A stretch of 63,444 bases of DNA, counting the filler, from Chrysochromulina tobinii (lineage: Eukaryota), in assembly GCA_001275005.1 (NCBI GenBank). It is 13 parts of 13 records of this genome, joined end to end, with 100 filler letters (N's around TTAATTAATTAA, not from the genome) between each part and the next. Parts side by side here need not be neighbours in the genome. Positions count along the whole stretch, not along the records: positions 8,768 to 13,501 come from JWZX01000044.1; positions 13,602 to 19,816 come from JWZX01000045.1; positions 19,917 to 25,640 come from JWZX01000047.1; 10 more parts are not named here. One strand, 5' to 3'. Shown piece by piece: positions 10,591-21,081 of the stretch. Both the position numbers and the translations under genes were made by a program. Below the pieces are notes generated by a model. That model was not told where the DNA came from. It did not search any database and saw only the letters and a program-made list of their open reading frames with translations. Each line of letters begins with the position of its first letter. The stretch's first letter is position 1.

Positions 10591-11908
10591 GAGTGTGATT
10601 CCACGGCGGTCCAAAGCCGCGCCACGGCTGCCTCGCGCTCGGCGTGAGCGGCCCCTCGAGGCCGCACGGGCGGCGCGCCCACTTCCATCCCCACTTGCTA
10701 CAGCTTTGCCTGCAATCGATTGAGAGCTCGGCCGGAGCCGGCTCGGCGACCTTCCAATGGCGGAGAACGTCGGGCAATGTCTGCGGCGTCACCTTGTGCA
10801 TCATGATCGCGCGCGCGGACTGGTCGGGCTCTGCAATCTTGGGATGGAACCACGGCCAAATCCAGCCTTTCTCAGGCATGTGCACGACCGTCACGCGCAG
10901 CTGCTTTGCGTTCACCACGCCCCACACGTTGTACGAGATGCCCGCGTCCTCGTGGTGCCACATGTTGAGCCCCGGATGGTGGTTCACATGCCATTTCTTG
11001 ATCTCATCGAGGTAGCTCTGTGCGCACTCCTTCGCCGTCGTGCACGGCGCGCCAAAGTCGTTTCGCGCCATCGCCACGCGAAAAAAGTGTTCAAACGGCT
11101 TCCAGCTCGCAAGCTCGAGCGCGAGGTTTCGCGACATGCAGGTGAGCTGGCCCGTGCCCTGCGGGAAGGGGCCCTCGGCAAGCTCGCAGTGCTCCTTGGG
11201 ATCCTCCAGGTGCCGGATCGCATCAATAGGGCCGCCCCAGCCGCCGCCGCATGCCTGGAAGCGGTTGAAGGGTAGCCAGCCTCGCCATCGGATGTATGAG
11301 AAGAGCACGTGTGGCGAGCCCTCTTGGAGTGCTTGAGCCTCCGCGGCCGCGAGCGCCGCCGCGAGGTGCGCGTGATGGATCAGCGAGTCGTCGTCCGTCT
11401 TGCAGAAGAAGCGCGCACGGGAGCGCAGCGGCGCCGAGAGCCACCACGCGGCCGACTTCTCCGTTGCCTTGCCTACGTGTGGCAGCCGCTCCCGCGCGCC
11501 GACGAAGACGGCGTCACCGTAGCGTGTGGCCTCGTCCGCGAGCCGCTGCTGCACCTCGGCCGACGGCGGGCTTTCGTAAAAGCGGTCGCCGAAGACGAAC
11601 TCGTTCCTCACCGTGCGCCCAGGCGGCCCATGTGCCTTGGCCGCAAACTCACGCAGCATGCCGCGCCTTCCAAAGGCTGCCGGGCTGCTAATCACCCCGA
11701 GGAGTACGTACGGCGCGTCGAGTTCAGGTTCGACGTCAACTGCTGGTGAGAGAGACATTGGACGTGATCCACGATGCTCATTGGAAATGACCACATGCGA
11801 TGGGCCCGGATCGCGGACACCCGCGCCATATAGCACACCGAAGAAGAACCCGAGCGCCATGAGGAAGAGGCCCATGCATGAGACGATCACTTGTGCCTGA
11901 CCCGCCAT
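10535..11908 (-). CDS. GT31-family (beta-1,3-galactosyltransferase-like) type II membrane glycosyltransferase
   Basis: N-terminal TM helix, LLGVISSP...RR, FFCKTDDDSLI (DxD), and HEDAGI. The last ~17 codons run into the AT-rich repeat block. Confidence 0.75.
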   Translation of the reverse strand: MAGQAQVIVSCMGLFLMALGFFFGVLYGAGVRDPGPSHVVISNEHRGSRPMSLSPAVDVEPELDAPYVLLGVISSPAAFGRRGMLREFAAKAHGPPGRTVRNEFVFGDRFYESPPSAEVQQRLADEATRYGDAVFVGARERLPHVGKATEKSAAWWLSAPLRSRARFFCKTDDDSLIHHAHLAAALAAAEAQALQEGSPHVLFSYIRWRGWLPFNRFQACGGGWGGPIDAIRHLEDPKEHCELAEGPFPQGTGQLTCMSRNLALELASWKPFEHFFRVAMARNDFGAPCTTAKECAQSYLDEIKKWHVNHHPGLNMWHHEDAGISYNVWGVVNAKQLRVTVVHMPEKGWIWPWFHPKIAEPDQSARAIMMHKVTPQTLPDVLRHWKVAEPAPAELSIDCRQSCSKWGWKWARRPCGLEGPLTPSARQPWRGFGPPWNHTLISNLVLVRNHGYIHALS

Positions 11909-12195
11909 GCGTAAGCGTGGCGATCAGCCCAAGCTCTTCTTCAACATGCTTGTATTCGAAAAAACGCTTCAAAAACATGAGTGTGAATACACTTGTGAAA
12001 ACATCGAATTTTTTATCTGACCGCTCACCCCCCCCCCAGACTCACTCAGCAATCATCCAACTCAACACGCCCAGTCGGCAACACCTCACTTCGCACATCC
12101 TGTATCATGCACCAGAAAGTGGCGCCCCGGAGCGTACGGCCAGGAGACAGGCAGGCATCACACCTCACACCCAGTACCCTCGATGCGATCGCCCC

Positions 12196-13374
12196 TCACG
12201 CCCACCGGTGGGTCACCGCGGCGTTGAGCAGCCCGGCCGCCTCGAGGGTCGCTGTGGAATCCGTCAGCTGCTTGGGAGGGAAGCCGGTTGCGAGCACGTA
12301 CCCACGAGGCCCTTCGCCGGCCGCCGCAAGCGCGCGCTCCACGAGGCACTCGAGATCAGCGACCGTGTGGCTCGTGTTGAGCGTGAAGCGCTGTGGCGAG
12401 CTGCCCGTCAGCCGCACCTGCAGCGTCGTCGTAGGCGCGCTCGCGTCCACCGCCGGCGGAGCTCGCTCAGACGACCGCCATGCGCCACCTGCGCCGACGC
12501 CGACGGCGGTGCTCGCGCCCGATGAAGTGGAGGCCTCGCCTGCAGGCGCGCCAGAGAGCGTGTGGCCCTGTCCCGAGAAGGCCCGGACCGCGGGCTTGGC
12601 GGCGGGCTTGGGCATCGCGGCCATCTGGGGCATCATCATGCGCTTGATCGCCTCTCCAGGAAACTCGCGAGGCCGAAGATCACCTAACATGATGTCTACC
12701 GGGCGTGGCCGCGGCACCCCGGAGCTCATGTCGAGCTCGCGGAATTCGGCGGGCGGGATGCCCTTCGTGAGGTCCTCCATGAACTGCTTGTTGTCCTCAT
12801 ACTTGCGCAGCTCGGGGATCTTGGGCATCGGCAGCGGCGCCTGCTCACGTGAACTCTTGAGGCCGACGACGCCGGTCCGCCGCGGCGCGCTCTTCTCAGC
12901 GAGCTCGGCCTTCGCGGCGGCCTCCTCCTCGGCGGTCACGTCCTCCACGGTGAAACCGTCCGCCCAGAAGATGACGCGCACCTTTTTCGCGTTGTGCCTG
13001 TCGAGCGGGCTGGGTGCCTCTGGCGACTCAGCTGGCGCATCCTCTTCCGAAGAGGATGCGCCCAGCGTGCGGCCAGAGCCAGTGCCCTGCCAGGGCTTGC
13101 GCGACGACTCGGAGTCTTCGCGATCCTCGTGCTTGGCATTTCTCAAGATCGCCGCGACCATATCGGTGGACCCACTGCCCGGCAGAGCAGGTGGCGCGAT
13201 CTCCTCCTCCTCCTCATCTTCATCAGCCGCCGACGGCATTTGCTCGTCGCCCGCGACGTCGAAGTGTAATGCGAGCGCGCGCTCAAGGTCGCCATTGGAG
13301 GCAGCGAGCATGCGCTCCGCCGTTGCAGCGTCGGAGCCGGTGAGCTCCTTGAATGCCTTCACATTCTCGTCCAT
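12196..13374 (-). CDS. NSFL1C: p47/Shp1-type p97 cofactor (UBA-SEP-UBX)
   Basis: UBA-like start (FKELTG...AERMLAASNGDLERAL), SEP (IFWADGFTV...FMEDLTKGIPPAEF), SHP box FSGQGHTL, UBX (LQVRLTG...GFPPKQL). Confidence 0.85.
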   Translation of the reverse strand: MDENVKAFKELTGSDAATAERMLAASNGDLERALALHFDVAGDEQMPSAADEDEEEEEIAPPALPGSGSTDMVAAILRNAKHEDREDSESSRKPWQGTGSGRTLGASSSEEDAPAESPEAPSPLDRHNAKKVRVIFWADGFTVEDVTAEEEAAAKAELAEKSAPRRTGVVGLKSSREQAPLPMPKIPELRKYEDNKQFMEDLTKGIPPAEFRELDMSSGVPRPRPVDIMLGDLRPREFPGEAIKRMMMPQMAAMPKPAAKPAVRAFSGQGHTLSGAPAGEASTSSGASTAVGVGAGGAWRSSERAPPAVDASAPTTTLQVRLTGSSPQRFTLNTSHTVADLECLVERALAAAGEGPRGYVLATGFPPKQLTDSTATLEAAGLLNAAVTHRWA

Positions 13375-13740
13375 CGTCGCGGCACTCGCTGCACGCTGCT
13401 CCGCGCGCTGTTCATGCTGCTGCTGTGAAACACACACGCGCACAACCTCCGGACCCCCAAGCACGAGGGCCTCTATCGCTATGGACGGAGGTGTGGCCGA
13501 CNNNNNNNNNNNNNNNNNNNNNNNNNNNNNNNNNNNNNNNNNNNNTTAATTAATTAANNNNNNNNNNNNNNNNNNNNNNNNNNNNNNNNNNNNNNNNNNN
13601 NAAGCTAGTGTAAGCGGTCATCGCCCACTTCTTCCCTCTCGATCGCCTGTGGGGGATCTGAGGAGCTACTTTCGAACTCTTGCAACAAGACACACACTTT
13701 TACCGGTAACGAAACGTCCAGTTTTCCATGCGCTTCCAGC

Positions 13741-15978
13741 ATGCGCGCAGCTCGATGCTTCGTGCGCGCGCCGCCGCCGCAGCAAGAGGGTATCGTCACA
13801 GTCTCAGATGGTGATCGACCGAAGGTTGTGTTGCTGGGCGCGGACACCTCCTTTGAAGCCTTCAAGGCACGGTGTGCAGCCAAGTTGGGCATTGCAAGCA
13901 GTGGTGACGACATCACTCTTCTCCTCGGCTCTCAGACGGGCAGCATAAACCTGCACAGCGCACCAGAGATTGAAGCCCTGGATGAAATCTCCCCAGACGA
14001 CCTTCTCATCGTTTTGCCAAGGAGCGCCAGTGCAGCTCCTGCCGGAACGTCAACAGAAGGCGAAATGGTGCCGGAACGTCAACCATTGCAAGAAGAGGAG
14101 TACGAGGTGAAAGATGACAGAGAGCTCTCCGCGGCGGAGGAGGAAGAGGACGGTGAGGAAGAAGAGGAGGGGGATCCGATCGTCATGTCGCCACATCGCG
14201 AAGCTGCCAGCGGCGGCGGCGGCGGCGGCAGCGTCTCCGCGGCGGAGGACGAAGAGGACGAGGCGGAGGAAGAAGAGGAGGGAGAGGAAGAAGAGGAGGG
14301 AGAGCAGATCGATTTGTCGCCACATCGCGAACCTGCCAGAGGCGTCGGCAGTGGCGGCAGCGGTAGCAACGGGCAGGTTGACAAGAAGCGCTCTCGTCAA
14401 TCTCGTCAATCTCGTCAAGAGCCGACCAAACGGGTGCCGTCCGCCAAAAGGCCGGCCAAGCCGAAGGCAAGCATGGAAGCGGTGCTCGAGGACGATGTGG
14501 AGGTCCGTGGCGTCAGCGAGTCCGGCGCTGGAGGCGCTGGCAGTAGCAGTGGCCACGCGCACGCTCATCCATCCGACGACGACGCGCTCATCAAGATCAA
14601 GGAGCGTATCCGCAAGATGCTCTCGCTCGGCCTGCACGCGGAGACGGGTGAGGCGGAGGCGGAGGCATCGATGCGGATGGCCGAGAAACTACTCAGTAAG
14701 CACAATCTGAGGCAAGCAGATGTGCTCCATGAAGATCACGTGCCTGTGGGGCTGCGAGCCGGTAAGGCGGTCGTTCACCTGCGCTCTACCAAGGACCATT
14801 CGCCGTGCCAGACGCGCCGCTGGATGCAGACGCTGTGCACCGCGGTCACGACCAACTTTGAATGCTCCGCCTACTTCAACTCGCACGGGCAGGCGGGCGG
14901 CCGCTTCCGCCCCGTGTGTGACTTCACCTTTTACGGCATCGGCACGAATGCTTCTCTGGCGGCCTTTGCGTTTGCGGCGGCCTTCAACCGCATTGCCATC
15001 CTCTCGGCCGCGCATGTCCTCCCTCCGGACGAGTACGAGACAAAGAAGCGTCGCGGCATTGTGCGGTGCGGCAGCAAGGGTGCGTACACGAGCGCGGCGC
15101 GCGAGTCGTACCGCGTTGGGTTGGCGCGAGGGCTATACGACGCCGTGTTGGGCGCTAAGAAGACGAAGGAGCTCGAGACGACGCGTCGTCTCGAGCTCGC
15201 GCGCTCCAAGGCGAGCCCTCTGATTGCCTCTGATTGCCTCTGATGACCTCTGATGACTTCTGATGACATCCCTCATCAGGCGAGCCGAGGGGAGGCGTGA
15301 GCTGAGTGCTACCTGATTGCCTCTGATGACCTCTGATGACCTCTGATGACTTCTGATGACATCCCTCATCAGGCGAGCCGAGGGGAGGCGTGAGCTGAGT
15401 GCTACCTGATTGCCTCTGATGACCTCTGATGACCTCCGATGACTTCTGATGACATCCCTCATCAGGCGAGCCGAGGGGAGGCGTGGCAGTGCAGTGACGA
15501 CGACGACGACGACGACGACGATGACTATGAGGATCGAGGCGGCGGCGGTGGCGGCGGTGGCGGCGGCGGCGGCGGCGGCAGCGGCAGCGGCGGTGAGGAC
15601 GATTATGACGGCAGCGGCGGCGGCGGAGATGACGACCGGATGATGGCTGATGATGGCACCGCCACCACTGTCAAACTCGAAGAGGGCACCCTCACAACAG
15701 AAGAGGGCACACCTCCCCGCGCTGGGACTGCGGAGCCGTCATGCAAGAGAGAGACGAGCGCCGCGGAGGCAGTTGTGAAGCTTGAGCGCGAGGCTAAGGC
15801 AGCGACCGCGCTGGTGGCGCACACGGCGAACATTGCCAAGGCGTTCCTCGAGCAGACGGGCGTCAAGATCTCCAAAAGGAAGCACAAGTACAAGCGGTCG
15901 AGCTGGAGGTCCGAGTCTTACAAGCAAGGCAAGGCCGACTCAAAGGACATTGACATCAATCAGAAGAGCATCCAATGA
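13741..15978 (+). CDS. DUF2786-domain protein with acidic low-complexity regions, 2 or more exons (13741-15210, 15466-15978)
   Basis: IKERIRKMLSLGLHAETGEAEAEASMRMAEKLLSKHNL matches the DUF2786 pattern. Later FTFYG and SYRVGLARGL. Splicing out 15211-15465 restores the frame (RSK/ASRGEAWQC). Confidence 0.75.
15211..15465 (+). other. 255-nt GC-AG intron containing three acceptor cassettes at 93-nt period
   Basis: GACATCCCTCATCAG ends at 15279, 15372 and 15465. Each is preceded by CTCTGATGAC/CTCTGATTGC arrays and followed by GCGAGCCGAGGGGAGGCGTG. Confidence 0.8.
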
Positions 15979-16025
15979 GATACCAATGAGATACCAATGA
16001 GATACTAATGAGATACCAATGAGAT
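15972..16025. repeat. Tandem 11-bp repeat (CCAATGAGATA) x about 5, overlapping the stop codon
   Basis: Direct reading. Confidence 0.9.
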
Positions 16026-16525
16026 TAAAGTGCACGACCTCGCGCGGTGTCGAGCGGAGACGAGCGTGAGTGTCGGGTGTGATGACGTGGCCAATGGCAT
16101 GTGTGCACGGATCTGTGAGACCGAGAGAGACCGCGCCCGGCACGACGCGCGTACACGGCAAGTGAGTGCGCGCGCACAGACCGCGCACAACGTGGAGCCG
16201 AGAGGCGAGTTCTACGGTGACCGCGCGGGGCGCGACATGTGTTTCGCGCGCGCACGCGACGCTGATTCGCCCACATTTCGACCGATTACCGATATTAATA
16301 ATATGAATCATAAACATAATTCTAAATTCATCACCCGAGTACTGTCGCGTATACCAGCAGCGCTCAGTAGAGTGCACGATGGTCTCAGCTCACCCGGGCG
16401 TGGCCCGAGGCGCACAACCAAGTCTCGCGCGTGTTACGCGCGTGTATGAGGCTCTGAGTTTGAATCGGCTTCGGAGAGGTCGACTCTCATCTCGTCCTCT
16501 GCGGGGCGTCGACGCAAGGCGTGGA

Positions 16526-17167
16526 CTAATATGGCCTCGAGCCTCCCTGTTCCCGATCAGAGCGAGCGACCTCGCACCGGAGCGCTCGCCCTTCGATGGC
16601 GAGGTTGTGCAGCGCGGACATGGCGACGTTCGCCTCCTCGACCGTCTCATACGAGACGAATGCATAGCCACGCGAAAGGCCCGTGTCGCGGTGCGTCGAC
16701 ACCTGCGCAAACAGCACGTTGCCGTGGGGCGTGGCCAGGTCGTAGACCTGCTGGTCGGTGTATGAATTGGGGATGCAAAATAGCGCGAGATTCGCGCCCT
16801 TCGGGCCGCGCTTGTTCTCTGCATTGATCGCAAGCGGCGGGTTGTGCGCCTTGTGGATAGGCGGCTTCTCGTGCTGCGCTGCCGGAGGGTGCATCGGCGG
16901 GGCGTAGCCGCCGTACGGTGGCAGCGCGCCGTAGGCGTACGGCATAGGCTGCGCCGCCGTCGGGTAGAACATTGGTGGTGACACGTGCGGCGCGCCCGGA
17001 GGTGGGTGCCTCATTTGCAGATCATAGACTTGGCTCCTCAGGCTGGCGTTCTCGGCGCGAAGCCGCTCGATTTCTGCCCGTGCTCTCGTGAGTTCGTCAG
17101 CGTACGCGGACCATGCGGCAGCATTGTCTGATGCAGAAGGAGCTTTTGATGAGGAGCTCGAGGCCAT
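16526..17167 (-). CDS. RRM protein (CELF/Bruno RRM3-like) with N-terminal coiled coil and Pro/Tyr-rich linker
   Basis: GPKGANLALFCIP...DTGLSRGYAFVSY (RNP1). Likely start MASSSSSK at 17167. Confidence 0.85.
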   Translation of the reverse strand: MASSSSSKAPSASDNAAAWSAYADELTRARAEIERLRAENASLRSQVYDLQMRHPPPGAPHVSPPMFYPTAAQPMPYAYGALPPYGGYAPPMHPPAAQHEKPPIHKAHNPPLAINAENKRGPKGANLALFCIPNSYTDQQVYDLATPHGNVLFAQVSTHRDTGLSRGYAFVSYETVEEANVAMSALHNLAIEGRALRCEVARSDREQGGSRPY

Positions 17168-18251
17168 CGGTCTGGCAAATCGCGTCGGGGCTGCGTGAGG
17201 TCCGCATAGGTCGAGGGAGTCGACGCGCCGTTGTGGACGATTAGATACCGGTAAGTTGAGCCTGTTGGGCCCGTCGGTCACACCTCCATCCATGTGATTG
17301 TGGCCCTCATGCTCGGGGGTCCTGAAGGCATGCGCTTTGTGTTGAACAGCAGCAGCAGCAGCAGCCGATCTTGTTCGATGTCTCCTTCCAGGCACGATCG
17401 CAATGCACGATGACGATCGTGCACATTACTCATTAGGCGATCAGGACCACCGACCGGATCAGTTTCGGCTCTCACGGGGGGAACTGACAGGTCCGGTGCT
17501 TGCTGTGACAACAAGACGATGAGATTCGAAACTCGCACAGCTGCCGATCTCGTCTTATCATTAACCTTATGCTGTAAACGTCAGTAGGTGCGTGCACGCC
17601 TGCACGGCAACCGCGACACGTACGCCCCCCCTACGCCCCCCCGGCCAGGCCTCCGGCGCGCGCCGCGCCCCCGCGCGCACGCACGCGCTCCGGAACTGCC
17701 GCACTCCAGCGCCGGTGGCGCCCTCGGGGCGCGGAGATACCGGCCGCAGTGCCCACGTCCCCGTACGATAACGTCCACACGTCGCATGCGCACACGCCAA
17801 GCACTGGATCCCCGTCCGGTCGACCCTGCACCCTTACTGCACCCTCGTCGCCTGTGCATGCGCCTGTGGTTCTCCGACACACAAACACGGATACGCGCGC
17901 ACTGGAGACGGGACCTCTCTGTGCTGCCACGCGCGGCCCCAGCTAGGCCCCAGCGCCCCACGGGAACCATACAGCATACCGAGCGAAGAAGACGCCACAC
18001 ACGGACCCAGTAAGGTCCTCGAGCCACACACCTCCGACCTATGAGCCACGTCGCATGGTCGGTCCCTCACCCTTCGCCCTTCAGCCTTGCCGCCGTGCCG
18101 CCCCCCTTTCCATGGAACAGCCCACATGCATGTTATAGTCCTCATGCGGAGCGTGTGCCCAGTGCAGGGGCAATGAGATCACAGCTCCTCCTCGGCCGGG
18201 GTAGAGCAGGTAGAGCAGGTAGAGCAGGTGGAGCACGCCTGCATCGCCACG

Positions 18252-19601
18252 CTAAACCTGGTAGTCATTGACGCCATGATGGCCTGCGGGCACGGCAGAT
18301 CTGAGCTCGCGTTGAGCTCCCACGTGTTTCTCGACCTCGATCAAGATCCTCTGCATAGCATCGGGCACTGTGAACACCGTGCCAGGGTGCGGGATGCCGT
18401 TGATCTTGCCGAGCTGCTTCTGCACATCAAGCACCATCAGCTCCAAGTCGTCGTCCTTGATGAACTTGGTCCACTGATTCGGCTTCGAGGGAAGCGCTTC
18501 CTCAAAGTAGATGGGCAGAAGGGTGATGCCCTTCTTGACAGCTGTGTGGATTTCATCCAGGCACGGCTTGGATTCGAACAAGGCCTTCGTGAGCACGACG
18601 ATGAGCACCTTGGCTCGTGCCCGGTGCCCTTCGAGGCGCAGCATGAAGGTTTTCCAGTCCTTTCCAGGCGGGACGTGCAGCCCGCTGAAGCATTGCACGC
18701 CGCGCCCATTCAAGAGCTTGACGAGATCCGCCGCATAGTACATGCCCGGGCCGGCGCCTGCGCAATCCTGCGGACGTTTACCTGACGCGTACGAGATCAC
18801 CGCTTCGGGATAGAAGTTCTCGAACGGCACGCCCTCTGGCAGCTGCGAGAGAACCTGGTCCTTGACGCCCTGCGTCATCTGCTCCGTGATCGTGCCTGGC
18901 ACTTCGAAGAGTTTCCGGGTCTTCCAGTCGCCCGGTGGCGCTGTCGTGGGCGCTGGCTCCGGGGCCGGCCCGTCGAAGCGCAGCCCCAGCCGCTCAAGCA
19001 TCGCCCGTAACGTGTCTTGCTGCTCGGACGCTGCGCCCTGCGCAGCGGCCAGCCGGCTAAGCATCGCCCGGATCGAATCTTGGGGCTCGGTGGCCGCGTC
19101 CTGCGCAGCGGCGGCCTTGTCGGCGGCGGCCTTGTCGGCGGCGGCCTTGTCGGCGGCGGCCTTGTCGGCGGCCGCCTTCGCCCTCTCCGCCGCCACCCTC
19201 TCCGCCGCCACCCTCTCAGCCGCCGCCCTTTCCGCCGCCGCCCTCTCCGCCGCTCTCTTCTCAGCCGCCACCTTCTCCGCCGCCGCCTTCTCCGCCGCCG
19301 CCCTCTCCGCCGCCACCTTCTCCGCCGCTCTCTTCTCAGCCGCTACCTTCTCCGCCGCCACCTTCTCCGCCGCCGCCCTCTCCGCCGCCGCCCTCTCCGT
19401 CGCCACCTTCTCTGCCGCTCTCTTCTCAGCCGCCACTTTCTCGGCCGCCGCCTTCTCTGCCGCCGCCTTGTCGGCCGCCGCCTTGTCGGCCGCCGCCTTC
19501 GCGGCCCCGGTCTTGTCCCACCTGTTTCGAAGCGCACGGGGAACGCACGCACTGTCGGCGCTGAGCAAGTGGCGCCCAGGACGGCGCGTCATCGCGTGCA
19601 A
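18252..19601 (-). CDS. TIR-domain protein with a long [10 protein letters not shown] helical repeat (5' structure uncertain)
   Basis: VISYASG...CFSGLHV...[20 protein letters not shown]...LLPIYFE, preceded by about 25 pentapeptide (15-bp) repeats. Confidence 0.75.
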   Translation of the reverse strand: MHAMTRRPGRHLLSADSACVPRALRNRWDKTGAAKAAADKAAADKAAAEKAAAEKVAAEKRAAEKVATERAAAERAAAEKVAAEKVAAEKRAAEKVAAERAAAEKAAAEKVAAEKRAAERAAAERAAAERVAAERVAAERAKAAADKAAADKAAADKAAADKAAAAQDAATEPQDSIRAMLSRLAAAQGAASEQQDTLRAMLERLGLRFDGPAPEPAPTTAPPGDWKTRKLFEVPGTITEQMTQGVKDQVLSQLPEGVPFENFYPEAVISYASGKRPQDCAGAGPGMYYAADLVKLLNGRGVQCFSGLHVPPGKDWKTFMLRLEGHRARAKVLIVVLTKALFESKPCLDEIHTAVKKGITLLPIYFEEALPSKPNQWTKFIKDDDLELMVLDVQKQLGKINGIPHPGTVFTVPDAMQRILIEVEKHVGAQRELRSAVPAGHHGVNDYQV

Positions 19602-19916
19602 TCACGAAGCGCGAGGGCTTGCGAAGGGTGGTCGTGAAGATGGCAAGGCAGTCAGTGGCAGAGGAGGCAGCAGCGCCCTCTCCGAGAACAACGGCGTGGG
19701 GCGACGGCGTGGGGCGACCGAGTGCTGCCTGATTGCTGCTGAGTGCTGCTGATTGCCGATGATTGCGCCTGAGTGCTCATGAGTGCGCCAGAGAGCGTTC
19801 CAGTGCGCGCCTGAGCNNNNNNNNNNNNNNNNNNNNNNNNNNNNNNNNNNNNNNNNNNNNTTAATTAATTAANNNNNNNNNNNNNNNNNNNNNNNNNNNN
19901 NNNNNNNNNNNNNNNN

Positions 19917-20658
<742 letters not shown>

Positions 20659-21081
20659 TTTTGAGTTGAAGGGGGTTTTGGTTTGGAACGGCAGTGCGGC
20701 CAAACGGCACTGCCGTTTCCCCACCAACTCCTGTGCGTGCGAAAGTTGTATAATCCCACTATAGGGTTTCGTCGCGCTTTTCGCGCGCCGCTCTGCTGCT
20801 GTGTCACACTCGGGACACAGGGGTGGTACGGTACGTACTGGATCGGTCATTAAGATGCCCGTCGGGTTAGCACTTCCTTTCGGGAGTGCGGACCATTGGG
20901 TAGGTGAGGTCCCGTGTCCGGGACCGGGAGCATAACGCTATTAGCGCTAGTCCCTTCTCCGTCCAGGGACGCTCTGACAGGGTATGGGCGCGCGGTGCGG
21001 CGGACTCAGACCGTCGAGTCCACCAGGCCGCGACGCCACCCGCCTATGCTGCATGCGCGTGCTGCGCGCGCTCTCTTGCCC

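Noticed and set aside
15211..15465. Regularly spaced repeats resembling a CRISPR array
   Set aside because: The units are near-identical throughout with no unique spacers, there are no cas genes, and the context is a eukaryotic intron.
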